Positions 52,207-64,000 of a DNA stretch of 64,000 nucleotides are shown here, piece after piece; position 1 is the first letter of the stretch; the number at the start of each line of letters is the position of its first letter. The translations under genes and the position numbers were made by a program. The notes under the pieces were generated by a model. That model saw only the letters and a program-made list of their open reading frames with translations. It did not search any database and was not told the DNA's origin. The stretch comes from Hypanus sabinus (Eukaryota): assembly GCF_030144855.1 (NCBI RefSeq), contig NC_082714.1:93806001-93870000 (forward strand). The letters are read 5' to 3'.

Positions 52207-52895
52207 GAGTGTTCCGGCTGGCAGGAAACACGGATTGTTTGCTTGTTCTTGTTTAATGCAGTGAAGCAGTGATTGTGTCTGTGCAGCTGCCCATTCCAAT
52301 GTAATTGTGTAGTAATGTTCGCTTATGGAAACAATCAGAATGTTTAATAATTTCAGGACAGTTGGCAATAATAATCCATTTCTTGCGAAGGATAATTCTG
52401 TATAGAATTGTCCCTCAGTGTGCTGTTTCTGAACTACCGCTCTGTGTTGACTCAGGAGCGATCTCCCGCGCTCTGATTTGAACTTAGGTAACACAACTCT
52501 AAGTAAAAGAGGAACCAGTGGTACATTTATCGTGTCTTATCTTTACTCGGCTGCTGGCCATAGGTTAGGGGGAATGGTCGCGGATAACGTACCGTCTAGG
52601 AGACCCAATCGGAATTACAATTAAATCGACTCAGAAAACTTATTCCACTTTTTGATCTCAGTGTCCTGAGCATTCTTTGTCCGTCGGCACCCAATGCCCA
52701 CTACTACCTTCCACCGCCCGCGCCATCACATGAAACTTCTCTTCCTCGTCGTCCTGCACTTCTGCACTTCATTTACAACCGTCCCTGTGGAAGGGAGATC
52801 AACATTCTCATTACCTTTTGGCAAGCCTTCCCACCACTGGGAGTATGACACTGTAAGGATGTTTCCCCGTGACTTGACCATTCTCTCAATCGATT

Positions 52896-53850
52896 AAAAG
52901 TAACATTAGCAAATTTGCTGATGACAGAAAGCTGGGTGGCAGTTTGAAATGTCAGGAAGATTTTATGAGAATGCAGGGTGACTTGGACTGTTTGGGTGGG
53001 TGGGCAATTTATGGCAGATGCAGTTTAATGTGGATAAATGTGAGATTATCCACTTTGGTGACAAGAACAGGAAGACAGATAACTGCCTAAACGGAGTCAA
53101 GTTTGGAAAAGTGGAAGTACGACGAGATCTAGGTCTTCTTGTACATCAGTCAATTAAAGCAAGCATGCAGGTTCAGTAGGCAGTGAAGAAAGCTAATGGC
53201 ATGCTGGCCTTTATAACAAGAGGAATTGAGTATCGGAATTAAGAGGTCCTTCTGCAGCTGTACAGGGCCCTTGTGAGATCCCACCTGGAGTACTGTGTGT
53301 AGTTTTGGTCTCCAAATTTCAGGAAGGACATTCTTTTTATTGAGGGAGTGCAGCGTTGGTCCTCAAGGTTAATTCCCGGAATGGCGGGACTGTCATATGT
53401 TGAAAGATTGGAGCGACTGGGCTTGTATACACTGGGATTTAGAGGATGAGAAGGGATCTGATTGAGCCATGTGAGATTATTAAGGGATTGGACACGCTGG
53501 AGGCAGGAAGCATTTTCCCGCTGATGGGTGAGTCCAGAAATAGAGGCCACAGTTTATGAATAAGTGGTAGGCCATTTAGAACTGAGATGCGGGAAAACTT
53601 TTTTCACGCAGAGTGTGGTGGATATGTGGAATGCTCTCCCCCAGAAGGCAGTGGAGGCCAAGTCTCTGGATGCATTCAAGAGAGAGTTAGATAGAGCTCA
53701 TATAGATAGCGGGGTCAAGGGATATGGGGAGAGGGCAGGAACAGGGTACTTATTGTGTAGGATCAACCATGATCACAGTGAATGGCGGTGCTGGCTAGAA
53801 GGGCCGAATGTCCTTCTCCTGCACCTAATATCTATTGTCTATTGTCTATT
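52896..53850 (+). mobile_element. CR1 LINE, 5'-truncated, inserted into the 3' flank of IgL copy 2 after duplication
   Basis: Begins near KFADD, ends in a (TCTATTG)n tail, and is absent from the homologous site in copy 1 (ATCGATT|CCGTTAG). Confidence 0.92.
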
Positions 53851-53959
53851 TCGTTAGTTCCTGAATGACAGCCATCGGCCTCACTTCCCGCTCTGACACC
53901 ACCGTCACCTCCCGCCACACCCACACCCACACATTAGCTTCTGTAACTCATGGTTATCG

Positions 53960-55740
53960 CTTTTTCCTTTGAAATCATAATGACACTCACCGCTGCTCCG
54001 TGACATTCCCGGACATCAGGCATACTGCTGGAGCCATCCAGAATGAAGACAAATGAAACGTACCCATGAAGATCATCTACCATTTCTTTTTTCCCATTTA
54101 CTACATCACTAGCAAAATTTTCCAGTGGTCCAATATTGACTGTCACCTCCCTTTTACTTTATGTAACTGAATTATTTTGGTATCCTGCTTTATCTTAACG
54201 GCTTGTCTGTCATATTTCATCCTTTCTCTTCTTGTAGGTGTTAAGTTGCCTTTTGTTGGATTTAAAAGCATTCCTATCATCCAACTACTCACATACATTT
54301 GCTATCTTATATGCCCTTTCCTTGGATTTTAGGCAGTCCGTAATTTCCTTTATCAGCCACCGCTGCCATTTGAGAACTTCGTCCTCTGTGAGACATATCT
54401 ATCCCTCGACTTGTGAACTATTCCCAGAAAATTCTGCTAACTCTGCTCTGCCATCATCCCAGCCAGTATCCTTATTCAATCCACATCGGCAAACTCCTCT
54501 CTCAGATCTCTGTAATTCTCTTTATTCCATTGCAATACTTTTACTTGTAAGTTACGCTTCTCCCTTTCGAATTGCAGTACGATTTCAATAATATAATCAC
54601 TGCCTCCTGAGTGTTCCGTGACGTAATGTTCCTTAATAGGATTTGGGGTATTTTACAACACCATCTCTAAAATGGCCTTTCGGCGAGTAGGCTTAATCAC
54701 AAGTTGCTTCAAAAAGCTATCACTTCGACACCAACACACTCCTTGTCTTGCCATACGACACCAACTGGACTTTTACAATCTCCATGGATGTTGAAGTTCC
54801 CAATTATAATTGCTGCATTGATCTAAATACTCGTCGTTAGCAGATCTCTTTGGAATCTCAATCCCACATCTTGGCAACTATTAGGAGGCGTATGTATGAT
54901 TCCCAGAATACCTATACATGATTCCTATCATGTCTACTTTAATCCTTGCAATTTCTTAACGTCACCCACAAAGACCCAACATTCCCTGACCGGATGTCAA
55001 CTCTTTCTAAATACGTAATACCATCCCTTCCCAACAGAACCCGTTCATGTCGATGCGTTCATGTCTGTCCTTTCCATACAAATTATATTTCTTGATGTTA
55101 AGCTCCCAGCTCTGGCCTTCATTCAAACACGACTCATTGATGCCTACAAACTCATCCCAACAAATCTCTAATTGCTCCATGAGTTCGTCCACTCCGTTCC
55201 GAATGCTACGCGCATTGAAACACATCACCTTCATTCCTGCACTTCCGCCCTTTTAAATTTTTGCCTTCGCACCATTGAACACTTTGCTCTATTTGCATTT
55301 GAACACGATCAATGGCATGGTATTCATAACATTCATGTTACACCCATCATATAATTATAAACCTGCTGGCTCCCCCTCAGCTCTACATACTGGTTACCAT
55401 CCCCCTGCCATATTAGTTTAAACCACTTCCAACAGCTCTCATAAATCTGTCTGAAAGAATATTGGTTCCCATGGGATTCAAATGCTATCCGTCTCTTTTG
55501 TTCAGCTCTCACCTGCACAGAGGAAGTCCTAATTATCCAGAAATCTAAATCCCTACACCCTGCTCCTATTCTTCAGCCACTCATTTATCTGCCTCCACCT
55601 GATTTTATTCCTGTTCTCACTGTCGCCTAGCCAGCGACGCCGTGATTACTACCTTTGAGGGCATGCTTCTCAGGTTTTTCTTAACTCACTGTATTCTACT
55701 TTCATGACTTTCTCCCTTTTTATTCCCACTTCAGTGGTAC
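53960..55740 (-). mobile_element. CR1 LINE fragment (ORF1 end, APE, linker)
   Basis: MCFNARSIRN motif (55007-55234) and other CR1 segments. Confidence 0.8.
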
Positions 55741-55744
55741 CAAT

Positions 55745-56530
55745 ACAGAAACATCGAAACATAGAAAATCCACAGCACAATAAAAGAATTTCGGCTTACG
55801 ATGCCATGCCGAACATGTACTTAGTTTAGAAATGACCTAGGGTTACCCATAGCCCTCTATTTTTCCAAGCTCCATGTACCTGCCCAGGAGTCTCTTAAAT
55901 GTTCCTATCATATCCCACTCCATCGCAGTCGCCGGCAGCCCATTTCATGCCCTCACCACTCTCTGCGTAAAAAAAAACTTCCCCTGACATCTTTATTGTG
56001 CCTACCTGCAAGCACTTTAAGACTGTGCCCACTCGTGTTAGCCAATTCAGCCCTAGGAAAAGGCCTCAGAGTATCCACACGATCAATGCCTCTCTTTATC
56101 TCATACACCTTTATAAAGCACCTCTCATCCTCCGTCGGTCCAAGGGCAAAAGGGCTCGTTCGCTCAACCAATTCACGTATGTCATGCTCCCCAATCCAGC
56201 CAACATCCTTGTAAATCTGCCCTGCACCCTTTCTAGAGTTTCCATATACTTCATGTAGTGAGATGACCAGAACTAAGCACAGTACTCCAAGTGGGGTCCG
56301 ACCACGGCGCTATAAAGCTGTAACATTACCTCACGTCTCTTAAACGCAATTCTACGCTTGATGTTTGCCTTTCTGACCACACAGTCAACCTGCACAGCAG
56401 CTTTGAGTGTCCTATGGACTCGGACCCCAAGATCCCTCTGATCCTCCACACTGCCAAGAGTCTTACTATTAATAGTCTATTCTGCCCTCATAATTGACCT
56501 ACCTAAGTGAACCACCTCACACAATCTGCC
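55745..56530 (-). mobile_element. CR1 LINE 3' end
   Basis: (CATAGAAA)-like tail at 55745-55770 and KVYEIKRGIDRVD motif. Confidence 0.8.
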
Positions 56531-57064
56531 TCTTCTGTAATTTATTTTTTTTTATTGAAGGAATGCCACAATACAAAATACGTAATGCATTATATTTTCC
56601 TCCATTTAGCTTTCATATCTTACCGCTAAACAAAACTCCCCTCATCCGCTCTCCCCCAACATACCTGGGCAGCTAATGTATTTACAATGCAACACTTCTC
56701 AAATACAACTAGGGGCATTTCACGTCCCTGTTCTCCACAGTTTTCCACAAACCACTGAAGCTCTTGCTAATCGAGAAACCATCAACCTCCGCTTTCAATT
56801 TATCAGTTTTAAACTCAGCTGGCTCCATCATGGCCAACACTCTTTCACTATCCAGGAGATCTTCAAAAGCTCATGATTCAGCAAAGGGACATCTATCGTT
56901 ATAGAACCCATCACTCAGGACATTCTCTCTATGCATTGTTTCTTTCAAGATGAAACTATAAGAGTCTGAAAAGTTTTAAGATCAGCTTCTTCCCTTCCGC
57001 TATCTGATATCGGAATGGATAATTAACCCATGAATACTACCTCACGAATTCCCACTCTTTTTGC

Positions 57065-57099
<35 letters not shown>

Positions 57100-57599
57100 C
57101 ATGCATATACTTCTTATTGTAATTTATAGTTTCGATTATTGTGCATTGTAATATATTGCTACAGCAATACAGCAAGTTCACAACAAATACATGATTCTGA
57201 TATTACGTTGAGTTTATGTACAATCTGTTGAGTAATTAGGACACACAGGCCAACAAATGCAGATTGGAACTGATGTTAAATTACTTTCAATTGGAAGTCG
57301 TTCCTATGTCCTTCAGACAGCCTGCAGCTCCAACTCTGTCATGTGCTTTCAACTGGCCTGGTGGCGAACCCCGTGTTCATTGCTGTCGGGGCGACCACTG
57401 TGGCCATTGGGAAGTATCGGGATGAACGCAAACCAGGTAACGTGCTGGCCGTAACTCAATCATGACATGAACCTCTCGCCAAACGGTGAATAATCCTTTC
57501 AAGAATAGCTCACTTGTAAACATCTATTTCAATAAGTAAAAGGAGTACCACCACTCGGCGAAAGGATCGAGAATGTGATGTAAGTAGACTCAATTTCAG

Positions 57600-57890
57600 T
57601 TTAATGTGATGTTCCGGCGTTTTCAGACACTGCAGTTCCTCGAGCTAACAAAGTCTAGTGCAAAAAGCAAAAAAAAAAAACAAGTAACAACCAGAGAGTG
57701 GCAGTGATGTGGACGAAAACTACTTGTTAATGAGAGAGGTCAGAGGAGAACGGGCGGACAGTTTCAAGGTGATAGGAAGATGAAAGTAACTTAAATTAGC
57801 ACGTGTTACGACAGTGCTGTCAGAAAGGCATCTCGGAGCGAACATTGCGTCGAACTTCGAAGAAAATGGGCTACAACAGCAGAATACCAA
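57600..57890 (+). mobile_element. Tc1-like transposon fragment
   Basis: CTTGTTAATGAGAGAGGTCAGAGGAGAA...GGGCTACAACAGCAGA, the same family as 21748-21970. Confidence 0.7.
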
Positions 57891-58779
57891 ACCGGGTTCC
57901 ACTCCTATATCCAATGATGCCATTTACAAAAAGGAAATTGCTTTGCGCTTAGAATTGTACAATATGGGAACTGGTCCTTCAGCCTACGATATTCAAATGA
58001 GCTAATTGAATTAGTAATCAAATACCCAACTACACTAAATACTTCTGCTTGTAGAACATCCATGTTCTTAAATTTCCTGCACATCTATCTACATATCGTA
58101 ACGCCTCTATAACGACTCTATCGCATTTACCTCTACCAACATCTTGGCAGCGAATTCCGGGCTCCTCCCACTCCCTGTGTTAAAAAAGGGACCCGCACAT
58201 CTCTTGTGAACTTACCCGGGTTTACCGTAAACGCTTGCCTCTTTTTAACAATGTGGAAAAGTGATACTGGCTACCTTTCTTATCTGTGTATCTCGTAGTA
58301 TGTAAATCTCTTTCAAATAGCCCCTCGGTCTCAGAGGTTCCAAAGATAACAACCCATGTTTGCTCAAGTTCAAATTCAAGTTCAGTTTATTGTCATTCTG
58401 CCGTACGCATGCATATCGCCAAACGACACGACGTTCCTCTGGACCAAGTTGCACAACACAGTACATATGATTTACACACCACGCATTAAACAATATAACC
58501 ATAGTAACCAAAAATAAAATAACCAGTAATACGATACATACAGTACAAGTCAAAGGTAAACAGTAGAACGCTATTGGCACTTCATAGGTGCTGAGACTTG
58601 GGTGGTGGTAGGGAGATTAGCATTCTTATGGCTTATTGGATGAAGCTGTTCCCCACCCTGAAAGTTCTTGTTTTAATGATCTGGTCCCGCCAGCCTGACA
58701 GAAGGGGATAAGAAAGATCGTTGGAGGAGTTGGAGCGATTATTGACAATGCTAAGAATTCGAACGCAGGGCCAGACTCT

Positions 58780-60560
58780 CCTTATATCAGATGCTCTCCA
58801 TTCCAGACAACATCCCAGAAAACTTTTTCTGCATTTTTTTCCAAATCCTCAACATCCTTCCTTATATGAAGCTGGTCGAAATTGAATGCAATGTTTTCTG
58901 CAAGTCTAACTGCGCGATCTATTAAGCTCCAACATAATTTCCCGACTCTGGAACTCATTTCCTTTACTGATAAATAAAAGAATGTCGTGTGGCTTCTGAC
59001 CACACTAGCAAGTTGTGTCGTCATTTACGGAGAGATACGCACTCAACTCCATATTTCCTCTGTACGTCACCCGTGTTAAGGTTCTAGTCATTAATAGTGT
59101 TCTATCCGTTTGTAATGCAGCATTTCTCACTTGGTGGGATTAAACTCCTCTGTCATTCGCCCGTATCTGCAACTGATCTGTATCCTTCGGTCGCCTTCTG
59201 CTCTGTCCACAACTTTGGTATCATCTGCAAAATTAATAACCAACCCATTTATATTTTCATACACGTCATTTATATTTCACGTATGGCAGAGGTCCCAGAG
59301 CAGATCCCTGCGGGACACAGCCCTTCAGCTAGAATAAGTCCCTTCAACCAATATCCGCTGTCTTCTATGGGCAAGCCTGAATCCAAACAAAGTTCTGAAT
59401 CCAAACGACCAATTCGCCATAGACCTCATGCATCTTAATTTCCGATTGAGCCTCCTGTATTGAACCTTGTCAAACGCCTTACTATAATCCACTTAGACAA
59501 CATATATAGGTCTGCTTACAACAAATCACCATTGTCACTTCGTCAAAAGGGTTAATCAAGTTCGGAAGATGCGAGGTCCACCGCACAAAGACAGGTTCTC
59601 CAAACGCTCATAAATCTGACAGTTAAGAATTATTTCCAGTAACTTCCCTACTACTGACACGAGACTCACCGCTTTATAATTCTCAAGATTATCCCAATTT
59701 TCTTTCAACAATAATGGAAAATTAGCTACGTACACGTTCTCCGAGATCTCGCCTGTGGCTATAGAAGACACTGAGATGCAGTTCAAGCCTCCAGCAATCT
59801 CATCTCTTGCCCCTCTTAATAACCCGGCGTATATCCTATCAAGACACACACTTAATGTTCCTTAAGAGGCACAGTAATACCTCATCCTTTATTTCATCGT
59901 GCTGAAGGAAATTCGTACCCTCCACTCTGTTCGTGCCAACTTCCACATCTTTCTTCTTGATGTTAAACACTGAACCACATCCTTCGCATCCATGCATATG
60001 TTCCTTCATTTGCCATTCCATGTCCTATCCGCTCCTCGCTGTCACCTTGCTCTCTTTGGATCCATAGAACCCCCCGGGTTCTCTCTAATCCAACTTTCCA
60101 AAGTCTTTTCATTGTCTCTTCTGAACTTCTTCACTGCTTCGAGTTTATTTTCTAGCTCTCCACAGTTCTTATGAACTCTGATCGAATATTTTAGCTTTGC
60201 AAACTTTTTTTTGTAGCAATAGATTCCCTTTCCTTGTCAACCAATATTGCTGCCTGACTCGATACTTGCGCCCAAACAGCTGCTCACAGTTTACCTCCCC
60301 TAGTTGTTTTCTAATATTCTGCAAATTTACCCTGCTCGCATTTAATGATATTTATAATAACTGTTCTCCCAGTGAAAAATTAGTCACTAGACCAGGCTCA
60401 TTATTAAACTCCACTTCAATTTTGCCCCATCCTCTTTCTGGAACTTCTGAACATTAATATAGAAACTATTTAGGATTCACCAAACAAATGTTGCACTGTA
60501 TAAGTATCTTGTTTTAAGGAGATCCCACTTGATCTTAGGGAAGTTGAAGTTACCCGCAAC
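58780..60560 (-). mobile_element. Old CR1 LINE fragments
   Basis: NYKAVSLVSVVGKLLE motif (59556-59849) and other RT pieces. Confidence 0.75.
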
Positions 60561-62049
60561 AACCCTGTTGCTTTTAGAACTTTGTGTGGGATTCAATGTC
60601 TTAAAACAAATTACAAATACGCCAATAGACAGAATTTAACACCAAACCATACACGTTCATGTGACTTGCAGCTGGTCTCTTCCGGTCGGCGGGAGGACTT
60701 CAAAGGAGGAGCGGTCGGGTTTCCAGACCCGCAGCAGTGAGCGTAGACACTGGTGGCGTTAGTCCGCAACATCGGAGTGCAGAGACCTTGGGAAGTCGTG
60801 GAGTTGCAGAAGAAGAGAAATAATACAACAGGGGGTGGAATTGGATACGGAATTTGTGGATATTTCAGTTGCAGGGAAGCAGCTTAAAAAAAGAGGATTA
60901 CAGATCGGCGAGGAGATAGAGGTTGGAGTGTGCTGCTTGATAAATGGGTTTAGGATTTGGACGAATTACACAGACAGCGAAAGGTCTAGAACGGTTACAC
61001 AGATAGAGTGGTTTGGAGCTGGAGGAGTCACACAGAGGGGTATATGGGTTGGAGGGGTTACGCCAATGGAGTACCGAGTAGTTGCCTAAACAGTTACAAA
61101 GAATGCAGTACAGAAACTGAAGGGAGTTGCATAGATAGGGAAGGGCATTGGTGATGGTGGCGTTAGATGGGGAGGGAGATAGAGATGATGAAAGGCCGAC
61201 AGATCCTATATTTAAGGGACATCAAGAAGTCTATGGGATGTAGAATATTATGGATATATCAGGTCCAGGACTGGACAAGATTAGACAGAGCAAGAGCTGA
61301 AGAATCATATCGAAATCCGAAGGATATCACAGGGGCAGGTTCAGCGACCGAAAGAGAGGGTCCTGCATTTTGTTGTTGGCTTTAATCAGGGAAATTAAAG
61401 GTGAATGACGCACTGTGCTCCATAATATAACATCCCTTTGATCTGGAATTAACGCGTGATGTTGCCCGATACGCACAAACTGGCGGGGAATGGTGCAGGG
61501 TGAGTGTGTTACGGTAACCAATCACATGCCATTTCCTTACAGATCTACGCCCAGCTGGCGATTGATACTAACTGATCTGGAAAGGCAGAGTGAATATTAT
61601 CCTCCGTGAAGAACAAAAGATTTAGACCTTGTTTCCTATGTGCGGAACAAGAACAACAACTGAGTAGTGTGATTAAATGTTTTTAAAGAGTCGTGTTACT
61701 AACGGCACAAGCTGAGCAACTTATAGTGCGGGAAGACAAACCGGACCCGCCGAGACGAAAACGTGCACTCTCGAAAGAAAGCCCACGCGCAGGAGGCCCA
61801 ATTGTTTCACGGCGCCATCGATCGTCGCAGGAGCACTGGTCATATTCCCGTTTCTCTCCATCCAAAGCCTCACTGAGGGCTCCCTCAGTCTCAGACCAAC
61901 CGGAAATAATGAACATCAGTTAATCTGTAGTCCCATCCCTGATTATGTACAGCTTGCTAGGATTAAAACTAACCCTTCTCCTAACTACTGCTCCAATAAA
62001 TTATAATTTTGCATTGAATACTGTTTTTCTTCTTGATCGTCACCGCCAA

Positions 62050-62870
62050 TTGTCCAAAGGTTGAATGTGCAATCACCGCTGTAGCCAAGGATCCCGAATA
62101 CTCACTCCAGGTTATAAGACGTTCCCAGTGATGGTACAGGATGAGATTCATACTGACAGCAGGTGAAGAAGATTATCGAGTTAAATGCGTGGCTCAAGGA
62201 TTGGTGTGGGAGAAGCACGTTTGAATTTGTGGGAAGTTGGCACCAGTATTGGGGAAGGAGAGATCTGTACCACTGGGACATACTGTACTAAACCGTGATG
62301 TGATCTGAATCTTAGCGAATCGCATAACTAGGGCTATGGATAAGGCATTAAACTAAATAGTTAGGCATGTCTTCAGCACATTGGGGAATTAAAGGAGAAA
62401 AGTGAGGATAAAGATAAAGAAGCAAAAAAAAAACAAAAAAGGAAAAAGTAAGTTTGGTGTGAAGAAAACAGAAGTGCAAAAAAGTAAATGATTACAAGGT
62501 TTTTAAAGCACCATAAGTGTAAAGGCAGTTGACTTTAATGCCCATAGTATTCGAAACGATATCAGTAAGCTTGTGGCACAAATCAGTACAAAGTGGTATA
62601 ATTTAATGGCCATTACAGAAATGTGGTTGCAGGGTGCAGAAGATTGGGAAATAAACTTCCAAGGATATCAGGCAATACGGAAGGATAGGCAGTAAGGTAA
62701 GTACTCTTAATTAAAAATGAGATCAAGGCGATAGTGAGAGATGATATCTGATCTAAGGAGTAGCATGCTGAAATCATCTAAGTAGAGATTAAGAATAGTA
62801 AAGGGAAAACTCATCACTGGAGGAAGTTGTTTACTGGCCACCGAAAAATAACATCACAGTGGCAAATGTG
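62050..62870 (+). mobile_element. CR1 LINE fragment (ORF1 end / APE start)
   Basis: LNAWLKDWCGRSTFEFVGSWHQYWG and AITEMWLQG-like segments. Confidence 0.8.
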
Positions 62871-63264
62871 TACAGTACCAGCTGGAGCTCAATACACCGA
62901 TCTCGCCGTCCGGCTCCCTCTAATCACAATCTTCCCACCGGGTGTGTTCCGACCGGTTCAAAGCGTCTACTCGCTTCATCTCACGCAAAACGATAGACCC
63001 AGCTCACATTCCAGAGCATCCTTTATCTCTAACCATAACCCAAACACGACTTCTAAAGAAAGACCATTGGGTCAGCAGTGAAAATTTTCCAAGGACGTTA
63101 CAAACCTTGAGAAACAATGGTCATTCAACTCCCATGATTATTTATGGAAACAGCGCAGCGAAACTGAAACTTTTGATTCACAAACAAAACATTAAGCAAA
63201 GACATGTTCAAAGTAAACGAAATATGGATGTGTTTGCGTGATAGAAATAACTGAATCTATCTCA

Positions 63265-63890
63265 ATTAAAAGAACATGAAGAGAATTTCAATGTGATTAT
63301 GTTTTATAGTGAAGATGATGGCTTTTTCATTCAACATAAAGAGTGAATATAATTTCACACAGTTTTAAAGTTTGGTGGTTGCGGATCCAACTCAGTTTTA
63401 TTAAGGCCTCCGTTTATTATTCCGTACATCAATCTTATAACTCATGGTTATTCTAGTTGCTGTCGCTTTCCTGTCTGCTCGCATCAGTACAGTCATGCCC
63501 CTCTGACCTATCTCATTAAGAAAGTGTTTTCGTCCCCAGACCTGTTGTTCACTGGCTTGTTTTTTTTTTTTTCGCGCCATTCTCTGTACACATCAGAGAA
63601 TTTCGTGCCAGAAAACTCCAAGTGATACACAGCTTCCGAGATACCCAAACGACCCTGTCTAGCACCCAGAATCATGTCAAGTTTAATGCCACTTATTTCT
63701 CATTTGGATGTTTGGTCTCAACAATAAACAAACCTCTTTACCAGATCTGAATTCCTCTATGGATTCAGTTGCCGCCACATGACTTGTATATTAGGTATTT
63801 GCATTAACGATCAACAATACCTGATAAAGCGGGTACTAAGTGTATACATGAGTTGTGGGTATGACATACTGACCTGCAAAGTGTGACGAC
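63265..63890. repeat. Non-coding block X2, paralogous to 14590-15215
   Basis: See X1. Confidence 0.9.
63775..63804. promoter_or_regulatory. Candidate enhancer core: CCACATGAC (muE3 reverse complement) + octamer ATTTGCAT
   Basis: CCACATGAC at 63775-63783, a 13-bp spacer, then ATTTGCAT at 63797-63804. Confidence 0.45.
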
Positions 63891-64000
63891 GTTTGTGGGC
63901 TGCCTCTGACTGTGCTGGTTGTTAAACTTAACATTGTACTTCACTGTATGTGCCGATATCTATGTGACAAATAAGACTAATCACATCCTTGCCTTTGTTA

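Larger units (their letters stand above)
44185..53958 (+). repeat. Segmental duplication unit, copy 2
   Basis: Colinear with 28540-37410 apart from the CR1 insertion at 52896-53850. Confidence 0.92.

Noticed and set aside
51817-52494. 225-aa minus-strand ORF (and 36190-36519, 36452-36685)
   Set aside because: These are antisense shadows of the GC-rich C exons. They have no recognisable domain and are not conserved as one ORF between the copies.
61500-61542. GTGAGT...CCTTACAG donor/acceptor pair
   Set aside because: The implied intron is only 43 nt and the flanking frames contain stops.

Overview
Vertebrate genomic DNA, almost certainly from a cartilaginous fish. A skate or ray is plausible, since germline-joined type I light chains are typical of batoids, but the species cannot be fixed from this window. 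Most of the window is decayed transposons: many CR1 LINEs (some nested), Rex1/Babar, one L1/Tx1, Penelope-like remnants with hammerhead-ribozyme motifs, Tc1, a solo LTR and a probable piggyBac-type MITE. The only host genes I can support are two tandem immunoglobulin light-chain clusters on the + strand (34.1-36.7 kb and 49.7-52.2 kb). Each has a leader exon, a germline pre-joined V-J exon with no RSS, and a C exon, and both resemble the elasmobranch type I / NS5 / sigma-cart (sigma-2) isotype. Copy 1 is open except for one in-frame TAG. Copy 2 carries several deletions and a stop. Both lie inside a ~9 kb segmental duplication. A third copy of the cluster's 3' flank at 8.8 kb, and a duplicated ~0.6 kb non-coding block (14.6 kb and 63.3 kb) with a perfect octamer 13 bp from a muE3-type E-box, suggest a higher-order IgL array and a candidate B-cell enhancer. 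Transposon boundaries and identity estimates were made by eye and are approximate. There is one N gap (28214-28427).
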